A DNA stretch of 64,000 bases, taken from positions 864,001 to 928,000 of the forward strand of contig CAXXDQ010000007.1 of the NCBI GenBank assembly GCA_963664325.2. The letters run 5' to 3'. This DNA is from Desulfomonilia bacterium. GTDB taxonomy: Bacteria > Desulfobacterota > Desulfomonilia > UBA1062. The stretch's first letter is position 1. Each line of letters opens with the position of its first letter. Under the pieces are notes generated by a model. That model saw only the letters and a program-made list of their open reading frames with translations, had not been told where the DNA came from and did no database searches. Below are positions 30,040-41,027 of this stretch, in pieces. A program made the position numbers and the translations under genes.

Positions 30040-31446
30040 ATGAGGTTGTTCAGGTCACAATCCTGCATCTTTGATCTTTTCAGAAGAAACATTTCCAGGT
30101 TGCTGATTCAAATCGCGCTTGTTGCGATAATGAGTATATGCTTCATTACCATGCCTCGCGAGGCCTCTGCTGACTACCTCTTTCCGCCAATTACTGGGTG
30201 CGGTGCTTCAATTGACGCTTCAAACGGGAGGACGCTGTCCCCATACCTCGGGGTGAACAATACCATCTCCTGCTCCGCCTCCGACGGGGCAGGCGGCTTC
30301 TACATAGGCGGCTTTTTTACACAGGTCAACGGGGTCACCCGGAACCGTATCGCTCACATCCTGCCCAATGGTAGTCTTGATGCTGCCTGGAACCCGAATG
30401 CGGACGGGGAAGTCTCAACCATTGCGGTCAGCCGTGACAGAAAAACCGTTTATGCGGGTGGCGACTTTGGATTCATAGGCACACAAGGGAGATCATACAT
30501 TGCCGCACTGAACGCGGACCCAAGTTCCATCAACTATGGCAAGGCTACAGCCTGGAACCCACGGGCGAGCCATTATGTCAAAGCCCTTGCGGTAGGGGTC
30601 AGTCCTAACGGAACACCCGTTGTCTATGCGATAGGTGAATTCAGAACAATCGGCGAAGACCCAAATCTTGTACCGGGTACATATAACAGGAACTGTATTG
30701 CTGCACTGAACGCAGACCCCAGTTCCATCAACTATGGCAGGGCCACTGCCTGGAACCCGTCTGGATCCTGGCCGGTGCACGGGTATACCGGGCCGCAAGC
30801 AATCGCGGTCAGCCCTGACGGTTTAACCGTCTATATAGGAGGCGCTTTCACCCTGGGCGGCACACAGCATGGACTCTTCGCTATCAGTGCCCAGACAGGA
30901 GTGGTCCTTCCCATCTGGAGCCCGAGCCCGAACCCGAACGGCATTATCTACGCCATTGCGGTCAGCCCTGACGGAAATACCGTCTACGTTGGAGGGGATT
31001 TCACGGAGATAGGCTGGCAGCGTGTCTATTTGAAAGATAATGGTTATGTCGAGCATCCTTATTACAGAAAAAACATCGCCGCCATTCGTGCTGTTGATGG
31101 ACAGATCACCGGATGGAACCCGAGAGCAAACGACACCGTCAAAACCATTTCAGTCAGCCCGGATGGAAGAACCGTCTACGCTGGAGGAGAGTTCACGAAG
31201 CTGGAAGGGCCGTTAACAACCTGCCCCGTTGTCACACGCAACAAGGTTGCTGCTATCGATAGCGCGGCTTCGGAACCTATTTGCAATCCGACCGGGATAC
31301 CCACGTCATGGGACCCGAATCCGAACGGTGATGTCTACGCTCTGGCACTCAATCCCGGCGGCTCCATTGTCTATGTTGGCGGTTATTTCACCATAATCGG
31401 AAGCGTCATACCTTCCGCAAACACGGGGAACCAGATAGGGCACTAG
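30040..31446 (+). CDS. Secreted beta-propeller repeat protein
   Basis: Repeated units WNPNANG-V-AIAVSPDG-TVYVGGxF; N-terminal signal-like segment. Confidence 0.8.
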   Translation: MRLFRSQSCIFDLFRRNISRLLIQIALVAIMSICFITMPREASADYLFPPITGCGASIDASNGRTLSPYLGVNNTISCSASDGAGGFYIGGFFTQVNGVTRNRIAHILPNGSLDAAWNPNADGEVSTIAVSRDRKTVYAGGDFGFIGTQGRSYIAALNADPSSINYGKATAWNPRASHYVKALAVGVSPNGTPVVYAIGEFRTIGEDPNLVPGTYNRNCIAALNADPSSINYGRATAWNPSGSWPVHGYTGPQAIAVSPDGLTVYIGGAFTLGGTQHGLFAISAQTGVVLPIWSPSPNPNGIIYAIAVSPDGNTVYVGGDFTEIGWQRVYLKDNGYVEHPYYRKNIAAIRAVDGQITGWNPRANDTVKTISVSPDGRTVYAGGEFTKLEGPLTTCPVVTRNKVAAIDSAASEPICNPTGIPTSWDPNPNGDVYALALNPGGSIVYVGGYFTIIGSVIPSANTGNQIGH

Positions 31447-31685
31447 ACAAACTGCCTTACAGTATCAGGCCCTGTGCCTATGACCTGTCAGGCCTTTACG
31501 GTCTGTTGCCCGAATAGACAATATCCTGATTCGAGAAGAGGAGGCACGCTGAAGTAATGAAGCTTGCCTTCCTTTTTATTATAATGGAAGATTCAGTTTA
31601 ATTTCCCATGGAACCGCTTATTTTGGTTATGAACCGTTTGTTATGGTACTGTTTCCACATATGTTACTGAGGTTCTTAGCCTGTG

Positions 31686-31910
31686 ATGGGAAAAGACAAG
31701 ACAGTTCAGGAAAACCTCTTTTCATATAATGCCAGCCTGGATGCCGGAGTCAGGAAAGACCATGTATTAAGAAAGATACAACAGAGTGTTAACTTCGGAT
31801 TTATATATACAAAGGGGTCGAACACCTTTACGGCGAAAGAAGCAATGTTTCCATACCGCCTGAAGATGATGTCTTTGTTGTTCTTCTTTGACGTGAGATC
31901 GGAAGAGGCA
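31686..31910 (+). pseudogene. Degenerate 5' fragment of an IS1182/IS5-like transposase
   Basis: MGK...LF.Y..L...VRKDHVLRKI...VNFGFIY...LKMM.LLFFFDVRSE; similarity is lost afterwards. Confidence 0.7.
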
Positions 31911-32250
31911 AATATCCGGCCAAACTCGGAGACTAATATTTCAGCTAATTCGATTTTTAACTGCTCGATCTGCTTCTTGATCCAAAACACAAATATTAAT
32001 CCATCATTCTGCCATGCCTGATTCCATCATGGGTAAACTGAATCAAAACCATATTTCGAAATTCAATCAGGGCAACAGACCGTAAGGGCCTGACACCATT
32101 TGGTTCCGTTTTGATTATCAATAAGCCTTTGATGGTCCTCTGATTTATGCTTAACTTCCCCTTGTCCGCGATGTCCCGTTCATGGTAATTTAGAGTTCAT
32201 TACCATGTGCGGCAGGGGAGATCATGAGATGTTCCGCTCTGCCGGAGGGA

Positions 32251-33561
32251 ATGATTATGGGCCGTACAAACCTGCCGGAAAAAACATATCTTGTCTTCAC
32301 CGTCGCCATCCTGATGGCCATCTCCACGCTCCGCATGGCCGATTACGAGCTCCTGGCTCCTCTTTTCCAGCCCCTAAGCAAGGAGCTGGGCATCAACGAT
32401 CTGCAGTTCGGGCTGCTTCGCTCTGTCGCCGACGTGGTGACCATCGCCGGGATCCTCATCTTCGGGCTCGTGGCTGACCGCTGGCGGCGAAGGGACCTGC
32501 TGAACCTGGGTGTCTTCGGGTGGTCACTGGCGGCCATTATCACGGGCTTCACGAAAAACTTCACCCAGCTCCTGGCCGCCAACACCGGCATGCGTTTCTT
32601 CCAGGCTACATTCAGCGCCACGGTGTACCCCATGCTTTCCGACCTGGTACCCAGACGGTCGAGGGGCCTCGTGCTGGGCATCATGGGCACCACCTTCGCC
32701 CTCGGCACTGTCCTGGGCCTTGCCGTGCCCGCGCTGCTGGGGACCAAGCACTGGCGCTCGGCCTTTTTCTGGTTCGGGATCCCCGGCCTGGTCCTAGCCT
32801 TTCTCATGCTGGTTTTCCTGAAAGAGCCAGTCCGGGGCCTGGCCGAAGACGAGGTGATAGATGCGGGAGGGTATTCAGGAAGCTTCTCGTGGAAGGAACT
32901 TTCCAGGACGCTTATCACGCGCACCGTAATCCTGGTGTGGCTCCTCGACGCTTGCGAAGGGGCCACGTGGTACGCCTTCTCCTTCTGGACTCCGGCCTAT
33001 CTCCTGCGGGTGAGCATTACCTCAAGCGCCGACACGGCGGCCATGGCACTCCTGCCTGCCATCGGGGGGTTCGTGACGGGCAATATCCTGGGCGGATGGC
33101 TTACCGATAAACTGCGGAAGCAGACCGAACTCTCGGCGGTGTACGTGGCCCTTATTTCCATGACCGGGGCGCTTCTCATGACTGCAATCGTCTTCTCGCT
33201 GCGCGACCTCACCGCGGTGATGGTCGCCGGGTTTGTCATGGGGACCTTCGGTCATATGGTGATGTCTCCTATCAGCGTGATCCTCTATGATGTTGTGCCG
33301 CCCGAAACCCGCTCTTCAGCCACATCCTTCGGCGGGATAGTAATGAGTGTCTTCTGCGCCTTGTCGTCGCTCTCCATCGGTGCGGTGAGCCACTACGCCG
33401 GCATCTGGCGCGGACTGAGCGAGGGCGACCTGCGTACCGGGTTCCAGGGAACGGTGAGCGTGCTCCTCGCTGGCGGCATCATCGTGACCCTGGTGCTCCT
33501 GAAAACCGCGCCGGGGGACATGAAGAAGCTCAGAGAGCACATATCAAGCCGGGTGAGGTAG
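32251..33561 (+). CDS. MFS transporter (spinster-like)
   Basis: About 12 TM helices; GLVADRWRRR motif A; LSDLVP..RG. Confidence 0.9.
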   Translation: MIMGRTNLPEKTYLVFTVAILMAISTLRMADYELLAPLFQPLSKELGINDLQFGLLRSVADVVTIAGILIFGLVADRWRRRDLLNLGVFGWSLAAIITGFTKNFTQLLAANTGMRFFQATFSATVYPMLSDLVPRRSRGLVLGIMGTTFALGTVLGLAVPALLGTKHWRSAFFWFGIPGLVLAFLMLVFLKEPVRGLAEDEVIDAGGYSGSFSWKELSRTLITRTVILVWLLDACEGATWYAFSFWTPAYLLRVSITSSADTAAMALLPAIGGFVTGNILGGWLTDKLRKQTELSAVYVALISMTGALLMTAIVFSLRDLTAVMVAGFVMGTFGHMVMSPISVILYDVVPPETRSSATSFGGIVMSVFCALSSLSIGAVSHYAGIWRGLSEGDLRTGFQGTVSVLLAGGIIVTLVLLKTAPGDMKKLREHISSRVR

Positions 33562-33633
33562 TACGCTGCGAAGGCGGAACCCGCCCGTGACGCAACGGAC
33601 CGCGGCCGATATTTCTATAACAGGGAGGTGGCG

Positions 33634-35285
33634 ATGATACGGAGGTTTTCCGATGCACTGCGTTCCATCATACCAGCGCGTGGAAGGAGGCTCCCGGACG
33701 CCAGACACCGAGAGGTGATGGGGTGCGCGCGCATGGAGAAGGCGGGCGGTCTTCACGTGCTCTACCTCGAGGGGACTCCCTATGAGATGGGCTACCAGCA
33801 CGGTGTCCTGGCCCGGGAAGTGATAGAGAGCTTCCGCACCGAGGCCTACGCCTATGTGGAGACGCTGGTCCCGATACCGGGGTTCCTGGCGAGGCCGGCC
33901 CTCTTCTACCTACGCATCCGCCTACTGGAAGACCATCCCCCCCGGACCTGAAGGAGGAGATGCGCGGCATCGCCGACGGGGCCGGCGCACATCCAGTGGA
34001 GGTGCTTGTGGCCACGGCGATATGGGAGATGCTCCTGACCTCGGGATGCTCAGAATTCGCGGCGATATCCCCCTATTACGCCTGACGGCGGGATGATCCA
34101 CGGATACAACTACGATCTCATGAAACCGGAGCATGCCATCATACAGCCCTATCTTGCCGCGCTGTTTTACCGGCCCTCGTCCGGCATTCCCTTCGTCACC
34201 GTCAACACCGTGGGCTCTGTAGGCGTGAATGCCGGCTTCAACGACGCCGGCATATCGGTGGCCTGGGACGATACCCATCTGAACACGACGGAGCTGTTCC
34301 AGGGGATCAGTGGCAACGCCGTCCCGTTCATCATAACCCTCAGGAGGCTCCTGCAGTATGCGAAGACCGTGGACGAGGCGGTGAAAATCGCGCTTACCGG
34401 TCTGCCGCGCCCGCTGGCTGATATCATCGTCATAGGGAGCGCCGGTGAAAATCCGCGCGGTGGCCATGGAAACGGCCGGGAGACTGCACGCCCTTAGGGA
34501 GATGGAGGACGGGAAGGTCTTCTCCACGAACCACTTCCGCTCGGAGCTCCTGGCGCGACACCGATCAGCGCGGCGACTGGAGAACGTGCCCGAAGGAGCA
34601 GGAGTGGCAGCGCTTTCCGCGATACACGGCATACACCGGCCTCTTCGAGGAATTCCGCGGAAGGCTCGATGCGCCGGCAGCGGCGCGCTTCCTTCGCGAC
34701 CCCTATCCCCCGCGAGGCGGCCGGATTCGTCCATCCTAATCCAGCGCCGCGCGCCACCATCTGCCGTGATATCACCTCCTTTTCCATGGTAATGGAAACT
34801 GATAGAAAGCTCCTCTGGGTCAGCGATAACGAGATACCGGCCTGCCAGGGGACCTTTTACGCCTTCGACTTCGCCGCACGCACGCGGCTGCCCGCCCTGG
34901 ACATCCCCGGCACCGGTTTTAGCGACGCTCTTCAGGCGGCGCGAAGCTTTATCAGCGGGGACACGGACAGCGCCCGGGCCTCCCTGAAGAAGGCCTTTGA
35001 GCATGATGGCGAGACGGCACCGCTCCTGCTTATGCGCGCCCTCGTCGAAGGGGTCTCGTTGAACGAAGAATATGCTACAGAGAGAGCCTTGAGAAGGTGG
35101 TGTCGCTTTATGGCGGCACGTCACCGGCGGCCCTTGCGGAATCATGGCTAGGCCTCAGCCGGAAGAGTGCGACCGAGCCGGTTCCCTTCCCGGGAGCCAT
35201 TTGCCCGCTGTTGTGGCTCAAGGCCGGGGAGGCGTGGAAGGACCGCTTCAAGATAAGGACGGACGCCCCTGCTGCTGGTCGGTAA
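33634..35285 (+). pseudogene. Frameshifted C45 family Ntn peptidase / acyltransferase
   Basis: LEGTPYEMGYQHG, EEMRGIADG, nucleophile GCSEF, HGYNYD, GFNDAGI and STNHF lie in different frames. Confidence 0.75.
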
Positions 35286-35451
35286 GGGCATTCAAGCCAG
35301 CCAGGTCCGCGGTTTATTTTATCTAAATAGACAGTTTCTCGGCCTTGTCAGTGAAGTTAGAGACAAGGGTTGACCCCTTCACATGGGCCAGGCTGGAGAC
35401 GGTATCCCTTAATGATGCAGGACGGCTGAAGAGCAGTGCAACCTGTCAATC

Positions 35452-35630
35452 GGTCTATAAGATGCGGCTCAAACTGGCCAAGAGCTGGCTCATGGCGGAC
35501 GGTCTGCAGGTGGAGCTCATCCCCGGCATTATGGCGAGCGCAGAGGTTAAGACCGGCAAGCGCCGCCTGTTCGAGTTCTTCCTCTCGCCGCTGCAGCGCT
35601 ACATGGTCGAGAGCGTGCGGGAGCAGCAGC
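35452..35630 (+). pseudogene. 3' remnant of an HlyD-family type I secretion adaptor
   Basis: LIPGIMASAEVKTGKRRLFEFFLSPLQRYMVESVRE resembles the conserved HlyD C-terminus. Confidence 0.75.
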
Positions 35631-35785
35631 AGGAGCGCCCCTGTACGGTTGCCTGGATGAAAAACGAAAAAGTTCCCGCGAGAGAGCTCCTCATATATCC
35701 ATACTCAGCATGAATGTTCCTGTTGAAAACAGGTATGAATTATAATAATAGAAGTTGATTTTGTAATATAGTCAAAGGAGAGGTC

Positions 35786-36013
35786 ATGGAAAAGAAGAGA
35801 CTGTATGAGAAGCCTTTGTCCGTTGGTTTGAACAGAACAGAAAACAGCCTTGGAACCTGTGAGCTTCTCGGTTCAGGTGACGGCGATGCGTGTTCGACCG
35901 GTAATACAGCCGCACATGGAGGTTGTTATATCGGCAACGGCGCTACTCACATCGGATGTTTTACCGGAAATTCAGCTACAACCGCTTGTTCGGTTGGAAA
36001 TGATGTAGGGTAA
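35786..36013 (+). CDS. Putative RiPP precursor peptide with CxxGN repeats
   Basis: RBS AAGGAGAGG, YEKP leader, Cys at residues 25/36/47/58/68. Confidence 0.7.
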   Translation: MEKKRLYEKPLSVGLNRTENSLGTCELLGSGDGDACSTGNTAAHGGCYIGNGATHIGCFTGNSATTACSVGNDVG

Positions 36014-36320
36014 CAATTTGCATAAGCTGCGGCTTGAGACGGACGAGATCTGTCGTCCGGGGACTTGAAACGGGACAATTTAATCAATCAGTCAAGGATC
36101 AAAACCAGGCACATTCTGTCCTGAAAGACTACTTGGGGTCGCTGATTGGAACATTATTAAACATCTCATTCAAGTTCATATTCCTCCAGTTTGACGATCT
36201 TTTCCCGTTCCAATGCTTTGGACATATTCTTAACTGTTTTACATCATATTTACAGTTTCCTTTATTAATGCCGGTCAGTATAATTATTCAGTCATTCAAT
36301 GAAATTTCAGGAGGTGATTT

Positions 36321-37313
36321 ATGAAAAGGGCACTTGTAACAGGCGCGGCTGGATTCATAGGTTCACAGGTAGTCAGGGAACTGCAGAATGAAGGCGTCGA
36401 GGTCAGGGCCATGATAAAGCCCGGTGAGCCTCTTGACAACCTCGCAGGCATTGAATGCGAACGCGTTAAGGGCGATCTCCTTGACACGGAGACCGTAAAC
36501 AGGGCTGTGAACGGAGTAGATACGGTCTTTCACCTGGCCGCCATCTATTCGATATGGCTGAGTGACTGGAGCAGGATTTATGAAGTCAACATCCAGGGTT
36601 CCAGAAATGTCCTGTGGGCCTGCCTGAAATCAGGAATAGAACGCGTCGTTTATACAAGCTCCATAGCCGCAATAGGCATCGCCCCGGGGAAAGCGCTGTC
36701 AAATGAGGATACGGTTTTCAACCAGTACACGCTCGGCAACCACTATGTCCTGACAAAATACCTCTCCCAGCAGGAGGCGCTCGGCTTCGCCAGAAACGGG
36801 CTGGATGTCGTTGTCGTCAACCCGGGTTTTCCTTTCGGCCCCGGCGATATCGCACCCACGCCCACGGGCACAATAATACTTGCCATACTTAAGGGCCTGA
36901 ACAGATTCAGCTTTGAAGGGGGAATCAATATCGTTGACGTAAGGGATGTCGCGAAAGGCCATGTGCTGGCAGCAAAAAACGGCCGCACAGGCAACCTGTA
37001 CATCCTGGGCAACATGAATGTTACAATGGACGAGTTCATGGCCATGGTTTTCAAGGCCGCAGGAATCAGCCAGCCGTTCATCCCGAAAATCCCCCTGCCC
37101 CTGCTCAAGGTCGCAGCCGCAGGCCTTACCTGGATTTCCGACCATGTCGTCCACAAAGCGCCCCTGTCGACCCCGGCCGAAGTCGATTATGCAAAGCAGT
37201 ATCTCTTCTTTGACAACTCGAAGGCCCGAAATGAGCTGGGCCTGGTATTCAGCCCCGTCGAGAAATCATTGACAGATTCAATCGAATGGTTCAGGGCCAA
37301 TGGTTATGCGTAA
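36321..37313 (+). CDS. Extended SDR NAD-dependent epimerase/dehydratase (HpnA/dihydroflavonol reductase-like)
   Basis: TGAAGFIG, YTSS, YxxxK (YVLTK), VDVRDVA. Confidence 0.9.
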   Translation: MKRALVTGAAGFIGSQVVRELQNEGVEVRAMIKPGEPLDNLAGIECERVKGDLLDTETVNRAVNGVDTVFHLAAIYSIWLSDWSRIYEVNIQGSRNVLWACLKSGIERVVYTSSIAAIGIAPGKALSNEDTVFNQYTLGNHYVLTKYLSQQEALGFARNGLDVVVVNPGFPFGPGDIAPTPTGTIILAILKGLNRFSFEGGINIVDVRDVAKGHVLAAKNGRTGNLYILGNMNVTMDEFMAMVFKAAGISQPFIPKIPLPLLKVAAAGLTWISDHVVHKAPLSTPAEVDYAKQYLFFDNSKARNELGLVFSPVEKSLTDSIEWFRANGYA

Positions 37314-37423
37314 ATAATAAAGACTTCCAGGCAGGGAATAAACCTGCCCGGGAAGGGGCTGGCAGGATTGAGGCGAAAATCCTTTGGGAAAAAGTTTGAG
37401 TTCAATGGTACTTTTGCTGTCTG

Positions 37424-38293
37424 CTAATGAATTCCCGCCAGTTCCTGAAAATTCTCCCCCAGAAGCCTTCTGCGTATTCCCGGATCGGGGAATACGGATT
37501 CAATCCTTCTTTTTATGAGGCCGTAATCAAATTTCCCGTCCGCACCATGAAATCCGTAAGGCCCGTCAGTGCCGAACAGACAACGCTCCACGCCGAGACA
37601 GCTGACCGCTTCTTTTATGGTCTTTACTCCCACGTAGCTCGTTTGCGACAGATCCACATATACGTTTTTTCTGGGGAGTATGTTTTTCCATGTATCAGAA
37701 TAGCCGGGAAAACCTGCGTGGGCAATAATCAGCTTCAAACCGGGTACAGCGTCCAGGAGCGCCTGATAATCGCCATCAGGACCATAACCCAGGTGGATGA
37801 TCAGGGGAAGTCCCGCAGCGGCAGCCTTTTCCGCTACGGGCCTTAATTCCAGCGGAGTATGGTGATTCCAGAACGCATGGGCCTTGACGCCTACGCACCT
37901 TTCCGATGTTTTCCATTTTTCAAATTCCTCAACCTGGTCTTTTCTCCCTCTGGGGTTTACAAATATCCAGCCTAAAAATTTATCCGGGCGCGCACTGACC
38001 AGTTTGAATACCGGCTCGTTATCGGGATCGGAACAGAGCGGATAATTTTTGCCAAGTATCTTTATGCCGCCATCGGTGAAGTTTGCGATAAATAATTTTC
38101 CAAGGCGCTGCAATGGGCGCCTGGTAAGCAGAAACAGCAGCAATGAGATCAGCGGTCTGCTCGGCTCCGGATAAGGATCTATCTGGAGTCCCATAAGGGC
38201 GGTTTTATCAACACCGGCCTGATCCATTTTTTGCAATAATTCTCCCACAGCCAACAAGCGCTCTTCCAGGTGATAATGACAGTCGATTATCAT
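37424..38293 (-). CDS. Amidohydrolase_2 family protein
   Basis: IDCHYH, GVKAH, IIH, IAHAG, LFGTDGP. Confidence 0.9.
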   Translation of the reverse strand: MIIDCHYHLEERLLAVGELLQKMDQAGVDKTALMGLQIDPYPEPSRPLISLLLFLLTRRPLQRLGKLFIANFTDGGIKILGKNYPLCSDPDNEPVFKLVSARPDKFLGWIFVNPRGRKDQVEEFEKWKTSERCVGVKAHAFWNHHTPLELRPVAEKAAAAGLPLIIHLGYGPDGDYQALLDAVPGLKLIIAHAGFPGYSDTWKNILPRKNVYVDLSQTSYVGVKTIKEAVSCLGVERCLFGTDGPYGFHGADGKFDYGLIKRRIESVFPDPGIRRRLLGENFQELAGIH

Positions 38294-38498
38294 GGTGACC
38301 CACCTCCTAAAATTTGACTGAAAAGCCCGGTTTTCCCTCGTGCCGTGTTTGAGATATCTGATTTTTGCACAACACATGCCTGTTGGCAAATACAATCATA
38401 GAGTTATTGACGGGGATCTTGGGACGTTACCGCTATTTTGACAATTCTTTTTCACAGAGGCCAGAAATACTGTTACCTGGCATTTTTATCCCATTGTA

Positions 38499-38978
38499 TT
38501 ATTGCCGGTCACCCTTATCTTTCAAGGTTTTGTCAGCCGGGATTTTATCTTTAATACCAAGGTAAAACTTGCTTGCACATTCAGGGCATATCGAATGGCT
38601 GAACTTTGCCAGAGAGTTTTCGGTGATATATTCCTCCAGCACTCTCCAGTCGATATCCTGTCTGATTTTCTTGCAGCTGGCACAGATGGGGATAAACCCC
38701 TCAAGAATTTTTATCTCAGCTTTTATCTTCTTCTCAAAGACATAAAATGCAACCGACAGGACTATAAAATAAATGAGTATCTCGAATATGACCTCACCTT
38801 TCCTTTGCGAGAACGATGTCGGCTGGTCTCCGAACAGATACCTGGGCAGGTCAAGCAATTCGTTCGAAATGGTCAGGAGCACAAAGATTGTCAGTATGAG
38901 TATAAACACCTGAAAGATTTTGCGATGCGCAGTCAGGGGTAGTTTTTTGTTGCCTCCCGATCCTGATTTATCATTCAT
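38499..38978 (-). CDS. Two-TM protein with C-terminal ICxxCKKIR...SHxICPEC domain
   Basis: Two hydrophobic helices, then IPICASCKKIR and FSHSICPEC. Confidence 0.75.
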   Translation of the reverse strand: MNDKSGSGGNKKLPLTAHRKIFQVFILILTIFVLLTISNELLDLPRYLFGDQPTSFSQRKGEVIFEILIYFIVLSVAFYVFEKKIKAEIKILEGFIPICASCKKIRQDIDWRVLEEYITENSLAKFSHSICPECASKFYLGIKDKIPADKTLKDKGDRQ

Positions 38979-39124
38979 ATTGCGCCTCTCATTCATGGAT
39001 TTTATAATTAAACAGCAATAGTGCAATTGCGCATTGCCCGGCCGTGTTTCCTGAATATACCCTATTTGAGGTCTTCACAAAAGTCTTTCATAAAGAGGCT
39101 CCGGCAAAGAATATCGCAAGTTTC

Positions 39125-40279
39125 TCAGGGCTTGAGGACCGATGCATTCTGATTCCCGGAGCCTGTCTTGTTCAACTCCATCCCTTCACCGAACTTTAAT
39201 ATCCGGAAGTCATTCTCAGGAACACGGTATTTTCTTAATGCCGTTTTCAAATCCTTCTCATGGGCATCGACGCTCTGTTCCGGGTGCTCATTAAAGGTGG
39301 CATAATGGACGCCCATGCTTTTTGATGCACAGAGCATCTTATGAACCTTTACCGCATCATCGGGATTCATGTGCTGCGATTTCATGAACCACCTCTTTTC
39401 ATAATTTCCTATCGGCAATATCAGCAGTTCGAAACTCCCGAACCTGCGGTGAATATCTCCAAAAAAGTCCCCGAATCCGGTGTCACCTGCAAATAATATA
39501 TTCCCGGCCGGAACTTCAATAACAAAACCTCCCCACAAAGTCTTATCCTTGTCGGAGAGTCCCCGGCCCGAACCGTGGAGCGCCGGAACAAATGTAATTT
39601 TAACGGTCCGGGAAAACATATATTCCTGCCACCAATCAAGCTGGTTTATTTTATCATATTTCAGCGAAGAGAGCCTTTCAGCAACTCCCAGTCCGCACAA
39701 TACGGTTGGACGGGAGGTTCCCAAAATCTTCTTCAAGGTCGGGATGTCAAGATGATCGTAATGGTCATGGCTCAAAAGTATTAAATCTATTTTCGGAAGA
39801 TCATCAATTTTGACCCCCGGTGCGCGTATCCTTTTCGACCCCATCCATGAAACGGGACCGGCGCGCTCGGAGAATATCGGATCAGTCAGGATATTCACCC
39901 CGTTCGTCTGGATCAGCACTGTCGCATGGTTTATATATGTCACCCGCAGAATATTCTGATCTTTCACGCACGCCGGAGGCTTCGGCTGGATGGGATCGTC
40001 GATCCAACCCGGCCAGGGGACGGTTTTCATTTCCCAGAGCCATTTAAGATGGTCGGAAAATGTATTGTCAGACTCTTTGTTGAAAAACCGTTCTCCATCG
40101 AAATGATCTGATTGAGGACCATTCCAGCAGCAGAACCCCGCAATGAAAAAAGCCGGCAGGATCACCAGGGCGAGATGCCCGGCCTTCAAACTGCGCCTTG
40201 TCCTTATTGCTGCCATGACTTCTTTCCCTGATATATCATTTTCTATTTTTGGCACTTTTATGTTCTTTCTTATATACAC
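39125..40279 (-). CDS. MBL-fold hydrolase (NAPE-PLD/RomA-like)
   Basis: ILTDPIFS, SHDHYDH, FAGDTG, HMNP. Start codon uncertain. Confidence 0.88.
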   Translation of the reverse strand: MYIRKNIKVPKIENDISGKEVMAAIRTRRSLKAGHLALVILPAFFIAGFCCWNGPQSDHFDGERFFNKESDNTFSDHLKWLWEMKTVPWPGWIDDPIQPKPPACVKDQNILRVTYINHATVLIQTNGVNILTDPIFSERAGPVSWMGSKRIRAPGVKIDDLPKIDLILLSHDHYDHLDIPTLKKILGTSRPTVLCGLGVAERLSSLKYDKINQLDWWQEYMFSRTVKITFVPALHGSGRGLSDKDKTLWGGFVIEVPAGNILFAGDTGFGDFFGDIHRRFGSFELLILPIGNYEKRWFMKSQHMNPDDAVKVHKMLCASKSMGVHYATFNEHPEQSVDAHEKDLKTALRKYRVPENDFRILKFGEGMELNKTGSGNQNASVLKP

Positions 40280-40491
40280 CCGATCATTTTCAGACGGGAC
40301 TTTATCTTATCCGCAGGGCCCGGCCCGAGCCTGGTAAATAACGGCCTTCAAGCCCATATGAAACGCCGCTGCCCGCATTAAAATGATACGTTAAGACCTC
40401 TGTATTGATCATACCTCTCCCATAAAAGCGAAAGAATGACGCAAAGGGTCATGTCTCAGGGCTCCGCTGTCTGTCATGCTTTTAAACATGA

Positions 40492-40929
40492 TCAGGCAAT
40501 GATCTTATACTGAGTAGCAACTTCAACATTATTTTTTATCATCTGCCAGACGGGACAAACCGAGCTCTCAGCGAGTTTAAGAGCCCTCTGAATGTCTTCA
40601 TCCCTTGTATTTTCTGAATTGAGGATGAATTCCAGAAAAATCTTTTCGAATTTTACGGGAGGCTGCTGCGACCTGACGCCTTTTGCGTTCACAGCAAGTC
40701 CGGATACGGTTTTGCCCATTTTCCTGAGAAGATATACGAGTGCCGTTGCGCTGCACCCGCCAAGACTCATGAGCAGCAGTTCCAGGCCGTTATAGCCCTG
40801 CCCGTCTCCAATCGGGGGTTTATAGTCAAAAGTTATGGGGCTCTCAGGGTTTGATTTTGATACTCCGACAAAACGGACCTTCCGGTTCGTCAAATTAATT
40901 TCCACTTCCTCTATCTGCTCAGACATCAT
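40492..40929 (-). CDS. OsmC family protein
   Basis: ELLLMSLGGC and CPV motifs. Confidence 0.88.
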   Translation of the reverse strand: MMSEQIEEVEINLTNRKVRFVGVSKSNPESPITFDYKPPIGDGQGYNGLELLLMSLGGCSATALVYLLRKMGKTVSGLAVNAKGVRSQQPPVKFEKIFLEFILNSENTRDEDIQRALKLAESSVCPVWQMIKNNVEVATQYKIIA

Positions 40930-41027
40930 GCAGCTCCTTCAATAGCATCTTTATTTATGATCTTTTTGCCCGGCGCCTGAAACCATTATTACCGGACCCC
41001 TATTGCGGTTGATCAATACATGCGCCC

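Noticed and set aside
33922-35145. 407-aa minus-strand ORF
   Set aside because: Antisense shadow of the GC-rich C45 gene, with no motifs. The same applies to most other overlapping ORFs in the track.
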